A stretch of 64,000 bases of DNA from Amphiscolops sp. MND2022 (lineage: Eukaryota). The stretch spans positions 51,274,001 through 51,338,000 of the forward strand of contig OZ076409.1 of assembly GCA_964187785.1 (NCBI GenBank), given 5' to 3'. Below are positions 41,789 through 55,000 of the stretch, piece after piece. The notes beneath the pieces were generated by a model that was not told the DNA's origin, made no database searches, and saw nothing but the letters and a program-made list of their open reading frames with translations. Made by a program: the position numbers and the translations under genes. Positions within the stretch are counted from its first letter, which is position 1; every line of letters begins with the position of its first letter.

Positions 41789-42641
41789 TCAATTTTTAGC
41801 AGGAGCTTTGCTACTGTTTTCAGCCTGTGTGATAATTTCTGGTGCATTGCCTGACCAACGCCAATAAGAAACTTTTGCTCTGTCTCTTAAAGCAGAAAAA
41901 GAGTCCAATGCGGGTCGCACGTCCAGTAAGGCCGCTTTTCCAGCTGCTATGTCCTCTTTATCGCTGTCATAGTAGTCAATCACATATCTCACCTGAGTTC
42001 CGCATCTATCCACAATCCAATCGTGACGATCGAAAGGCAACGTATACCCCATCAAAGATCTTATACGTGCGCGAGGGGTATATTTTTGAGCATTCCCTGA
42101 GAAACTTACTAGTTTAGGTGATTTACATTCATCGTGATGAAGAACTTCCCATTTCAGAATTTCTTTCCAAGACTCTTCGTTGTTGAAGTTATGCATCTAA
42201 AGAATAAGAAAATACAATTGTAAAACTGCTCGGTAACATATCAGACAAATACACGGGACATACTTTTATAATGGCAGACATAACACCCGAAGTAAGTTCA
42301 TCGTTTTCCACTTTCCAGCCTTTTCTGATCATAGCATTGTAGAACATCTGTTCCGATGGATAGACCCATTTATCTTCAGTTTCTGAAGCTCGGGGGATTG
42401 TAGAAACTTCCCGCTCTGTTGACAAATCAATATTTTGCCCAGGAGCGGGAAGCTGATTGGGAGGAGGCATCATGTTAGATGGGTCGACATTTCTCATTTG
42501 ACTCGTTGACCATGCAGCTGACATAGCAAGAACATTTTTTGGTGGTTGACCACCTTTCATCGGACATTCACTGACACTGCCATCGGTTTTTCCAATAACT
42601 GGGCACTGGCTGCCAGAATCTTTGGAAGTAGCGCTGCCCAT
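41789..42641 (-). CDS. HCCS: Holocytochrome c synthase (cytochrome c heme lyase); exons 42641-42264 and 42196-41789
   Basis: CPV and CPM heme motifs, [62 protein letters not shown] and YVIDYY; 67-nt GTATGT...TTTAG phase-0 intron. Confidence 0.96.
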
Positions 42642-43446
42642 GCTTTCCAGCAAAATTTATACTACATTTGCCAAACAAGAAGCATGAATGAGACTGAAAA
42701 TGAACTTAATTGACCGACGAGTCGATACCGGTCTTTACCGGTTGTAAAGGACTGAGGTTTTGTCTACAATTTGGGTAAAATGACGTTAAGGGTAATATCT
42801 CAATATCCACAAGGAATTTCGTTCCAAATTGTTGTATACATAAACACCTTCAAAAAGTTATCACTATGCAAGGTACACATAGTGAACTCGTAAATGAAAG
42901 GGCGTTTAATCGATTGCCCAAAAAATATAACTTTTGCTACTACTAGAAAACTTGAATTATGATAACCATTATTAAAATAATACATACCGAACTTTTACTT
43001 TGACAAGATGCCAGTTAAAATATACACCAAATTTTTACTTCAACAAGATTCCAAGAAACGAACCTAAGTATTTCGATCACAACAAAAGAAATACCTCCAA
43101 AACGAAAAAATCTTTTTGCGTCTCAGTATTGCGTCTCAGGTAGCCAAAAAAGCAACTCGATGGGGATATGTATAACTTTTCTAACAGACGTGATTCCTTG
43201 AGAATACATTAATCAAGTTCAAAAACCCTAAGCCTAAACCCCTTCAAAAATAATTGTTGATAGACTTGTTAAATAGCTTCAGAGATGGCAATGATTTGAA
43301 TTTGAGACAACTGGACATCTCCGACGCTGTTTCGGTTTGTCGCTGCACTTGGGCTCAAAGAACTATCACAACCCGGTGAGGTAATTCCTGTAAGGTGACC
43401 GGGAATAAGACCTAAATGTTCAAAAGGAATAAGACCTAAATCTCAA

Positions 43447-44456
43447 GGCTTCGGGCAATAAGTTCGATTTACTAAGTTCGAATTTGAACTAGTGCAATAA
43501 GTTCGAATGGAATAGTTTCGAGACACCAAGTTCGAATTTTCATATCGGGCATGGCTTCGGGCAATAAGTTCGATTTACTAAGTTCGAATTTGAACTAGTG
43601 CAATAAGTTCGAATGGATTAGTTTCGAGACACCAAGTTCGAATTTTCATATCGGGCATATCCGGTGTAAACTGGACATCCTTCACACAAGATCCTGAGAG
43701 CTCCACCACCTAGGATCTAAAGGAATTTAAAAACTGAAATGTGGGGCATATCGGTGAATGCACGCTCGCCCATCACCGTCGCAAAGATCAGCTCCCACTA
43801 CGATCGTTTCGCGATATCCGTTCCCGCTAGGTCTTTGCTCCTGTTCGACCTCGCTTAGCAAGATGGGAACATAAGCGGCCCCAAGGGGCCGCGGGGCACT
43901 AGATGAAATGGGGAAATATCGGAGGCACGTTTTATACTTAGTCCAAAATTCGACCACAGTGATTCGAACTTATTCCGGTTTTTGGGAAATTCGAACTTAG
44001 TCCATTCGAAATTAAAATTCGAACTTATGCGTTCGAACTTATTACCGTGCCCCTCGGGCATATCCGGTGTAAACTGGACATCCTTCATACAAGATCCTGA
44101 GAGCTCCACCGCCTAGGATCTAAAGGAATCTGAAACGGAAATGTGGGGCATATCCGGTGTATGCACGCTCACCCATCACCGTCGCAAAGATCAGCTCCCA
44201 CTACGATCGCTTCGCGATATCCGTTCCCGCTAGGTCTTTGCTCCTGTTCGACCTCGCTTAGCAAGATGGGAACATAAGCGGCCCCAAGTGGCCGCGGGGC
44301 ACTAGATGAAATGGGGTATTATCAGTGGCACGTTTTAAAGTTTGTTCAAAATTCGGACACAGTGATTCAAACCTGTTCCGGTTTTCGGAATAATCGAACT
44401 TAGTTCATTCGAAATTAAAATTCGAACTTATGGGTTCGAACTTATTACCGTGCCCC
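43447..44456. repeat. Tandem repeat complex: two 106-bp units, then two 403-bp units with a GC-rich core; inverted partial third core at about 44985-45170
   Basis: GGCTTCGGGCAATAAGTTCG at 43447 and 43553; GGGCATATCCGGTGTAAACTGG at 43653 and 44056; many AAGTTCGAA motifs. Confidence 0.85.
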
Positions 44457-44469
44457 GTTCCGTTCCCCC

Positions 44470-44655
44470 GGGGAACAGGAATAACGTCTAAGGAATAACG
44501 TCTAAAAGTCGACCGGGACTAACGTCTATGGAATAACATCTAAATCTGAAATGAACGGGAATAACGTCTAAACCATTAGACGTTATTCCTGAAAAATGAG
44601 TAAAATTTAGACGTTATTCCTTTAGACGTTATTCCTTAGACGCTATTCCCGCCCC
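44470..44655. mobile_element. Foldback-type MITE built from GGAATAACGTCTAA subrepeats
   Basis: Direct copies on the left and inverted copies (TTAGACGTTATTCC) on the right; a related copy lies at about 63490-63631. Confidence 0.7.
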
Positions 44656-44670
44656 TACGATCCCCCTTCC

Positions 44671-46039
44671 TGTTACGATCATAATTCCAAGAAACGAAAA
44701 TTTTGAATTTCAACTTTTATTCGAATTTTTGGAAGTTATGTTCATATGTTATGAAATAGCAAATATTTCACCAAAGGTGTCTGGCTACGTGGAATCAGGT
44801 CTAATGAAATAGATCTAAGAGAGGGGGCAAAACTGAGATCTAAATAAATTGATCTAAATAATCAGGTCTAAAAATCTCTTCGAATTTGATCTAATTTGAT
44901 AGCAAAAATAACAGAAAGTGGCGATAAAGTTTTGCCCCCTCTCTTAGCTCTATTTCATTAGACCTGATTCCACGTAGCCTCTCGGATATGTCCCCATTTC
45001 CTCAAGTGCCCCGCGGCCCCTTGGGACAGCTTATAATCCCATCTTGCTAAGCGAGGTCCAACGGGAGCAAAGACCTAGCGGGAACGGAGATCGCGAAGCG
45101 ATCGTAGTGGGAGCTGGTCTTTGCGACGGTGAGGACGAGCGTGCATACATCGCATATGCCCCACAATATATTTTCGCTTTCAGAACACATATTAGATCAT
45201 AAAGGGGTTGACCTAAGTGTTTTAGATAAAATTAAATCTGAAAGTTAGACCTAACAGTTAGATCTAATTCCATTAGACCCAAGCAATTAGATCAAAGGCG
45301 TACACTCCAGGTGTCTGAATATTCAATTTATCGCTGTTTTCTGATACAATATCGCAATTCCTTGTATTTCCTGGAATATGTGCCATCTGATATGTTGTTG
45401 ATGATTGCTTTTATTGCAAATTTAAGGGACCCTCTTTACGATTAGCCAATAAAGTTGCAGTACGTCTCTTTTGTGCCCAAATTTGACACGTCTACAGTCT
45501 CTTGATCTTTGGGCAAAATAGACTTACTGCAAAAAAGCTACCCCATTTCTTTACCCAACACCCAATTGTTGGAAATTCTTGAGAAATTAACTCTTAACTC
45601 TTTTCTTTGTAGAATTTTTCTCTAATCTCTGGAATGCTAGAGCATTGGACTGTTTGCATTATTTGTCAGGTGAATGAGTAAAAGCGTTCACAATGCTTAT
45701 GTCATCTACAGCTTGATCCAGCACTATATCAGATCAGCTTTTACATTTAACGGGTTTGGAAGGTATTGATTGATTGCCTCGTACTTCCTCATCGTTTGAT
45801 ATTTCGTCTACACCGGCATTGGATTCATCTGAATCAAACTTTTTCACAATCAACTCATTGAGGATCTACAACTTAACGTAGACCCAATAATCATTTGGAC
45901 TCCATTCACTTTCTAGCAATCTAAGACTGTTCAACAGCGCTTGCGAAAAATATTCCTTTGTTCATTGGAATGCCAGAGTGGTCCGCCAATTTCTTTCAAT
46001 GAATTGTTGACCAAGGGTCAAAGAGCATCGGCGAGAACA
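44671..46039 (+). repeat. BEL 5' LTR (interrupted by an insertion at 44783-45308)
   Basis: Starts TGTTACGA and ends GAGAACA; colinear with 56487-57293. Confidence 0.85.
44783..45308. mobile_element. Composite insertion in the 5' LTR, including a 197-bp hairpin element (44783-44979) with TIRs of about 52 bp
   Basis: Direct repeat AGGTGTCT at 44775-44782 and 45309-45316; GGCTACGTGGAATCAGGTCTAATGAAATAGA and its near-perfect reverse complement ending at 44979. Confidence 0.75.
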
Positions 46040-46044
46040 TTTTT

Positions 46045-46060
46045 TGGTCCGCCAACCCGG
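46045..46060 (+). promoter_or_regulatory. Primer-binding site of the BEL element
   Basis: TGGTCCGCCAACCCGG a few nt after the LTR end; complementary to a tRNA 3' end reading ...CCGGGTTGGCGGACCA. Confidence 0.7.
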
Positions 46061-49000
46061 ACATTCTGTCGGACGCGTGTGATAGTTTGGACGTTTGCGT
46101 CTGCCACACTTCACAGATACAAAAGCTTGGTTCTGTGGTAGTTTGGACGTTTGCGTCTGCCACATATTTCATTTTCCGATGGTCTATGTCATTGGAGCAA
46201 GCCCCTTGAGAAGAGCCATCGACAAAGCCCCAACTTCAATCCGCAAAAGCATTCAAGGTAAAGTCTTTGCAGTGCCCGGGTTGAGTTTCCACCCTACAGC
46301 CAAAAACCCAAACAAGCAATTTCAAAATTTACTCGAAAAAGGTCTGAAAAATTGTTAAAAAATTGTTATTTGGCACGATCTTGTGAATAAGTCCCTATCC
46401 TCGCATAGGAATAATGGCAATCGGAACTGCTCACCCGACGTCTTCATCAAAATTTTGGAGCCTTTTCGAGAACAAATCAATGCAATTATATACAATCAAA
46501 GAATTGGAGTCCCAAATATCCACAAAAAACTAGTTCAAGCCTCGTACTTCACAATCAGCCCGAAACAACATTTGCTATCTAATCGAAAAAAAAATCAGCG
46601 GAGTTCAGTCAAGAATTATCGAAATTGCATCCATTAGAACGCATTGAACTCCACATCCTACAAATCATTTTACATCATCAAAATAATCTTCCAAAGCTCT
46701 TGAGAAGAAATTGATCAAATTCCAAGAAGAATCTGTCACAAAGGCAACGGAAACGTCTCGCAAAGAAAAAATAGCGTTACTTTTTTGTCGTAAAGCCAAT
46801 AAAATCTTGTGAGATTGCACTTGGTGATGTGTGTTTTCTCGCCCGATTGTTGTCAAGCGCGATCTCAGTTTGTTCGATAGGGCTAACGTCGCGTCTTAGA
46901 ACGTGCGCTTCCAATTCTTTTTCTTTCTTGGTGACTTCTTGAGTGTTTATTCACTCGATTGTCGTCAAGTTAGAAGTGAAAGACCGCGTTCTCCTCTCAC
47001 CTACTCATCGGTACTACTTTTTAAAACCACGATTTCCCATTGTCATAAAGTTTTTTGTTTGGGGAAAAAGTTAAACAAAAGTCGCTAACAATGACAGAAT
47101 TCGAAACAAGTAGTTCTAACATCGAACCCAAAGCTGATGTTAAAAAATTTATTCGCATTTGTGGCGGGCATAAGGGTGCCTTCACTAAATCGGAGCCCAA
47201 AATCGATCGTATAATGTCGCAAGCGATAGTAAACGAGGAACAACTTTGTGAGGCAGAAGCTCTTTTAGCCAATATAAAAAATCGATGGAAGTTAGTACAT
47301 CGTTATGATGCCGAAATTGAAATTTTGATAGACGATGAGGACTAGTTGAGATCTGGAATTGATTCAAGTGCTATTTTTGACGAAAAAGCCAGGATTGCAA
47401 TTGCTCTTTTAGAGTCACTCAATAATACATACAAACTAAAAGCATTGTCACGTAGAACTTCGATATCTGACGTCACTTCAGGAACCACCACCATTTAAAT
47501 GAAGCTGCGAAAAGAACAACTGCCAAGTTTTACAGGCTCTTACACTTAATGGACTTCATTTATAGATCTTTTCAGAGCATCTGGAGATTCAAATATGCAA
47601 TTAGCCAATTCAAAAAAACTGAAATACCTCCGAGCGTGTCTCAAAGGAGACGCTGCAAAGCTGATAGGCTCGGTTATGATTACGGATGCTAATTGTGAAA
47701 TTGCCTTTACTCTCCTGCAAGATAGGTACGAAAACAAGCTTTGTATTGTACAGGCGCATTTGAAAGTGATATGGTCTGAACCTAGCATGAAGTGTAGCAT
47801 GAAGTGTAGCATGAAGTGTGGCATGAAGTGTAGCATGAAGTGTAGCATGAAGTGTGAATGTGGTCTAGGGTTGCGAAAAGTTCTGGAGACAACAAATGAA
47901 CAACTGAGAGCTTTAGAAGAACTAGGCGAACCAGCACATGTGTGGAACTCATTGCTGATATTTTGGATCACGGAAAAGTTAGATAATGAATCGAAAAAAC
48001 AATGGCAATTGGCCCATCCAGGCACGAATCTTCTACAGTGGCAAGATCTCGTGAGTTTTTCAGATTCACGAAGTCGAGCTCTCGAACATGGTAATGTTAA
48101 GGAATATTCCCAAGCCCAAACTATCGACGCTAACAATTCAAAGCAAGACCGTAGAATTCAATCGTACTCAACAATAAGTGTCTGTAACGAATCTTGTTCT
48201 GAGCCTCATGAAATACATGCGTGTCTGCTTTTTAAAATCCTGTCAGATTCTGATAGAACAAAACGCGTTATATCAAACAATTATGCAAGCAAACTCATTG
48301 ACTAAAAGAACGATTCAGTCGAATGCAGCTTGCGCTGAAAGAGGAATGAAAAACCACGAAACCATTGAAAATAGTCACTGCAACGCAACAACAGAATGCC
48401 AAAAGCATTCTTTTTGCTCCCATTCTTCGCCGTTCAACAATGTTTTGATGTCAACAGCCTACATGTCGCTTCGTAATAAGGCTGGCATTGAAATTTCGAT
48501 GCGCGCACTTCTAGATTCTGGCTCGAAAGCTAGTTTTATAACAGAGGCTAAGGCGAAGGCTCTTATGCTTCCAATTGAAAAAACCCAATTACCAATCACT
48601 TCTCTCGGAGCTGCAAAAACGCAGAAAACCCTGGGCTTGATTGCTATGAAACTCAACGATGTTGTTGAGACCAATCTCCATGTAATTCCAAAAAATACGA
48701 ACGAATACCTGCAAAACCAATTGATGTTTCACAATTGCGTTATGTCAACCATTTGCAGTTAGCAGAGCCCACGTTCAATGTGCCTGGTAAAATAGACATT
48801 CTTCTAGGTGCTGATGTGCTTGAAGAAGTTATGTTAGATAATCGAATTAAGGACAATGGTGTTGTCATACGTTAATCTCTTTTTGGATGGATTGTTTCTG
48901 GACCTGTCAAAAAATCAGAATCGGAAAACAGTTTTCCATTTTTAGCCAATACGTTACAGATTGCACCTTGAAGCTGCACTGAAGACCTAGTTTCAAAATT

Positions 49001-52000
49001 TTGGGATTTAGAAAGCGTTTCCGATAAGAAACATCTCTCAAATGAAGAGAAGAATGTGAAATTCAATTCGATCAAACCACAAAGCATAGAGACGATGGTC
49101 GATTCGTTGTTGAATTGCCTTTTAATAAGAACACAGAAAACTAAGGCCTTAGTAAAAATGTCGCAACGAAACGTTTCCTAAACGTAGAGAAAAAACTCTT
49201 GAGCAACAAAACCCTGCACGAAGAGCACAGTAACTTCGTGTGAGAAATCATTGATTTAGGTCATTTAGAAAAAGTGCCTGAAAAGAGTTAGAGACAAAAA
49301 ATTGCTATTACTTGCCACATCAATGTGTTCTAAAATCTGACAGCACCACCACAAAGTTGAGGGTAGTTTTTGACGCGAGTGTGAACACCACTACAGGAAT
49401 ATCTTTAAATGAGGGCCTCATGGTAGGTCCTAAACTCCAGTATGACAATTATGATATTCTGATTCAATTTCGCTTCAAAATTGAGATGAGTGAAGATGTA
49501 GCTAAAATGTATCGACAAGTCGAGCTCAACGAAAAACATCGCGATTACCATAGACTGCTTTGGCGGTTTAGTCCAAAAGAAGACGTTCAAGCATACAGTA
49601 TGACAAGAGTAACGTATGGCGTAGCTAGCTTTTCCTATCATTCAATCAGTTTACTATCAGAATGGGCAAAGGCTGATGACACCTCAAGCGAAACGTCAAA
49701 GGCAATCCTACGGGATTTTTATGTCGATGACATTCTAACAGGAGCACCTAGTGAACAGGAAGCTAAACAACTCTCGACAAGCCTGATTAACACTTTGAAA
49801 AAGGGATAATTCGATTTGAGGAAGTGGACGTGTAGCGAACCGCATGTCACTTTGTTTTTACCTCCAGAATATCGAGAGGCTAACGAAGACCTCGAATTCC
49901 TTCAGGACACACACACCATCGAAACATTGGGGATCATGTGAATCCAAAATTTGACGTAATCCATTTCAAAGTGAAACAAATTGACGAAACAATTCCAGCA
50001 AAGGCACTTACTAAACGGCAGGTGTTCAGTGACATAGCGAAGATTTTAGACCCACTGTGTTGACTGTCGCCAATAAGCATCAAGTTGAAAAGCTTGATGC
50101 AAGAAATTTGGGTTGCCCAGTTGGATTGGGATGACAATCTTCAGACGATTTAGCAGAAAACTCCTTGGAATGGAGTTCAATTCTGATTGATCTGAGAGAA
50201 ATAAAACTTAGCAGATTCGTTCTCAAGGAGAAGCAAACCGATTTGGTTGCAATGCATGTATTCTGTGACTAGTCGGAGACTAGTTATGGCGCTTGCATTT
50301 GTGTAGAAGCCGCAGGTGAAAAGGGCGGGCAGAGAGCAACTTTGTTATCTGCCAAAACAAAAGTGGCCCCTTTAAAAGCAGAGTCAATTCCTCGTTTGGA
50401 ACTTTGTGCATCACTACTAGGTTGTAAGTTAATGAGAGCAGTCTCAGAAAGTCTTTGCAAACTGAGTTTACACAATGAGCAGTTTAACGCTTGGACGGAC
50501 TCAACGATAGTGTTAAGCTGACTGGCGGCTGAAGCCAACTGCTGGTCAACGTTTGTAGCCAACCGAGTTGCAAAAATTCAAGAAATTGACTTCTTGCAAC
50601 CCAAAAATTCAAGAACCAAGCGATCACAGCGGTGATGTTATCAACTGACGCGAGCAAAACTCTTTCCGGAAAACGCTTCGACTAGTAGTACAAATCAGGC
50701 AATTCATTGGTAAGTGTAAAGCAAGAACGCAAATTGTAGCAACTTTCCAACGCCAACAGAGATGCAAGAAGCTTTAGAAACGTTTCTACGCCAGGAGCAG
50801 TACGAATTTTTCTCTACTGAAATTAAAACACTTGAGACAAAGACACAAGTAAAGCCACAGAGCAAACTGAGTAAACGTTATCCGTTCCTGCATGAAGGTA
50901 TTCTGTGTGTGGGTGGCCGCTAGCTCAAGCTGACCTTCCAGACAAAACTAAGTATCCAAGACTGAATCCTGAGAAGAAGGAATTAGCAAGACTGGTCATC
51001 TTAGACGCTCATCACTCCACTTTACACGGAGGAGCCACACAAACTATTGCGCAAACAGGAACTCGCTGCTGGATACCAGGTTGCAGAAATCAAGTGCAAA
51101 AAATGATTCTAGATTGCGTGAAAAGTTCGCGTTTTATTGGTAACAAGGAGGAACCGCTAATGGGTGACTTACAAAAAGAACGAGTAAGAGTACCGTCTAG
51201 AGCTTTTGAGGACGTAGGGTTAAATTTCGATGGTCCTTTTTACTTAAAAGTGTCGGGATTGGAAAACAACAAGGCCTATCTAGCGTTATTTGTCTGCTTT
51301 GCAAGTAAGGCCATACATTTGGAGCTTGTGCCAGGCTTTAGGAAAAAAGTTAAACAAAAGTTGCTAACAATGAAAGAATTCGAAACAAGTAGTTCTAACA
51401 TCGAACCCAAAGCTGATGTTAAAAAATTTATTCGCATTTGTGGCGGGCATAAAGTTGCCTTCACTAAATCGGAGCCCAAAATTGACCGTATAATGTCGCA
51501 AGCGATAGTAAACGAGGAACAACTTTGTGAGGCAGAAGCTCTTTTAGCCAATATAAAAAATCGATGGAAGTTAGTACATCGTTATGATGCCGAAATTGAA
51601 CTTTTGATAGACGATGAGGACTAGTTGAGATCTGAAATTGATTCAAGTGCTATTTTTGACGAAAAAGCCAGGATTGCAATTGCCCTTTTAGAGTCACTCA
51701 ATAATACATACAAACAAAAAGCATTGTCACGTAGAACTTCGACTTCTGACGTCACTTCAGGAACCACCACCATTTAAATGAAGCTGCGAAAAGAACAAAT
51801 GCCAAGTTTTACAGGCTCTTACACTTAATGGACTTCATTTATAGATCTTTTCAGAGCATCCGGAGATTCAAATATGCAATTAGTTAATTCAAAAAAGTTG
51901 AAATACCTCCGAGCGTGTCTCAAAAGAGACGCTGCAAAGCTGATAAGCTCGGTTATGATTACGGATGCTAATTGTGAAATTGCCTTGACTCTCCTGCAAG

Positions 52001-55000
52001 ATAGGTACGAAAACAAGCTTTGTATTGTACAGGCGCATTTGAAAGTGATATGGTCTCAACCTAGCATGACGTGTAGCATGAAGTGTAGCATGAAGTGTGG
52101 CATGAAGTGTAGCATGAAGTGTAGCATGAAGTGTGAATGTGGTCTAGGGTTGCGAAAAGTTCTGGAGACAACAAATGAACACCTGAGAGCTTTAGAAGAA
52201 CTAGGCGAACCAGCACATGTGTGGAACTCATTGCTGATATTTTGGATTACGGAAAAATTAGATAATGAATCGAAAAAACAAAAGCAATTGGCCCATCCAG
52301 GCACGAATCTTCTACAGTGGCAAGATCTCGTGAGTTTTTCAGATTCACGAAGTCGAGCTCTCGAACATGGTAATTTTAAGGAATATTCCCAAGCCCAAAC
52401 TATCGACGCTAACAATTCAAAGCAAGACCGTAGAATTCAATCGTACTCAACAATAAGTGTCTGTAACGAATCTTGTTCTGAGCCGCATGAAATACATGCG
52501 TGTCGGCATTTTAAAATCCTGTCAGTTAGTTTCTGATAGAAAAAAACGCGTTATATCAAACAATTACGCAAGCAAACTCATTGACTAAAAGAACGATTCA
52601 GTCGAATGCAGCTAGCGCTGAAACAGGAATGAAAAACCACGAAACCGTTGAAAATAGTCACTGCAACGCAACAACAGAATGCCAAAAGCAATCTCTTTGC
52701 TCCCATTCTTCGCCGTTCAACAATGTTTTAATGTCAACAGCCTACATGTCGCTTCGTAATAAGGCTGGCATTGAAATTTCGATGCGCGCACTTCTAGATT
52801 CTGGCTCGAAAGCTAGTTTTATAACAGATGCTAAGGCGAAGGCTCTTATGGTTCCAATTGAAAAAACACAATTACCAATCACTTCTCTCGGAGCTGCAAA
52901 AACGCAGAAAACCCTGGGCTTGATTGCTATGAAACTCAACGATGTTGTTGAGACCAATCTCCATGTAATTCCAAAAATACGAACGAATACCTGCAAAACC
53001 AATTGATGTTTCACAATTGCGTTATGTCAACCATTTGCAGTTAGCAGAGCCCACGTTCAATGTGCCTGGTAAAATAGACATTCTTCTAGGTGCTGATGTG
53101 CTTGAAGAAGTTATGTCAGATAATCGAATTAAGGACAATGGTGTTGTCATACGTTAATCTCTCTTTGGATGGATTGTTTGTGGACCTGTCAAAAAATCAG
53201 AATCGGAAAACAGTTTTCCATTTTTAGCCAATACGTTACAGATTGCACCTTGAAGCTGCACTGAAGATCTAGTTTCAAAATTATGGGAATTAGAAAGCGT
53301 TTCCGATAAGAAACATCTCTCAAATGAAGAGAAAGAAAGTGAAATTCAATTCGATCAAACCACAAAGCATAGAGACGATGGTCGATTCGTTGTTGAATTG
53401 CCTTTTAATAAGAACATAGAAAACTTACGCCTCAGTAAAAATGTCGCATCGAAACGTTTCCTAAACGTAGAGAAAAAACTCTTGAGCAACAAAACGCTGC
53501 ACGAAGAGCACAGTAACTTCGTGTGAGAAATCATTGAATTAGGTCATTTAGAAAAAGTGCCTGAAAAGAGTTAGAGACAAAAAATTGCTATTACTTGCCA
53601 CATCACTGTGTTCTAAAATCTGACAGCACCACCACGAAGTTGAGGGTAGTTTTTGACGCGAGTGTGAGCACCACTACAGGAATATCCTTAAATGAGGGCC
53701 TCATGGTAGGTCCTAAACTCCAGTATGACAATTATGATATTCTGATTCGATTTCGCTTCAAAATTGAGATGAGTGCAGATGTAGCTAAAATGTATCGACA
53801 AGTCGAGCTCAACGAAAAACATCGCGATTACCATGGACTGCTTTGGCGGTTTAGTCCAAAAGAAGACGTTCAAGCGTACAGTATGACGAGACTAACGTAT
53901 GGCGTAGCAAGCTTTTCCTATCATTCAATCAGTTTACTATCAGAATGGGCAAAGGCTGATGACACCTCAAGCGAAACGTCAAAGGCAATCCTACGGGATT
54001 TTTATGTCGATGACATTCTAACAGGAGCACCTAGTGAACAGGAAGCTAAACAACTCCCGACAAGCCTGATTAACACTTTGAAAAAGGGATAATTCGATTT
54101 GAGGAAGTGGACGTGTAGCGAACCGCATGTCACTTTGTTTTTACCTCCAGAATATCGAGAGGCGAACGAAGACCTCGAATTCCTTCAGGACACACACACC
54201 ATCGAAACATTGGGGATCATGTGAATCCGAAATTTGACGTAATCCATTTCAAAGTGAAACAAATTGACGAAACAATTCCAGCAAAGGCACTTACTAAACG
54301 GCAGGTGTTCAGTGACATAGCGAAGATTTTAGACCCACTGTGTTGACTGTCGACAATAAGCATCAAGTTGAAAAGCTTGATGCAAGAAATTTGGGTTCCC
54401 CAGTTGGATTGAGATGACAATCTTCAGACGATTTAGCAGAAAACTCCTTGGATTGGAGTTCAATTCTGATTGATCTGAGAGAAATAAAACTTAGCAGATT
54501 CGTTCTCAAATAGAAGCAAATCGATTTGGTTGCAATGCATGTATTCTGTGACTAGTCGGAGACTGGTTATGGCGCTTGCATTTGTGTAGAAGCCGCAGGT
54601 GAAAAGGGCGGGCGGAGAGCAACTTTGTTATCTGCCAAAACAGAAGTGGCCGCTTTAAAAGCACAGTCAATTCCTCGTTTGGAACTTTGTGCATCACTAC
54701 TAGGTTGTAAGTTAATGAAAGCAGTCTCAAAAAGTCTTTGCAAACTGAGTTTACACAATGAGCAGTTTAACGCTTGGACGGACTCAACGATATTGTTAAG
54801 CTGACTGGCGGCTGAAGCCAACTGCTGGTCAACGTTTGTAGCCAACCGAGTGCAAAAATTCAAGAAATTGACTTCTTGCAACCCAAAAATTCAAGAACCA
54901 AGCGATCACAGCGGTGATGTTATCAACTGACGCGAGCAAAACTCTTTCCGGAAAACGCTTCGGGTAGTAGTCCACATCAGGCAATTCATTGGTAAGTGTA

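Noticed and set aside
47784-47860. Metallothionein-like Cys/Met-rich protein
   Set aside because: It is a 12-bp minisatellite within a pseudogenised gag.
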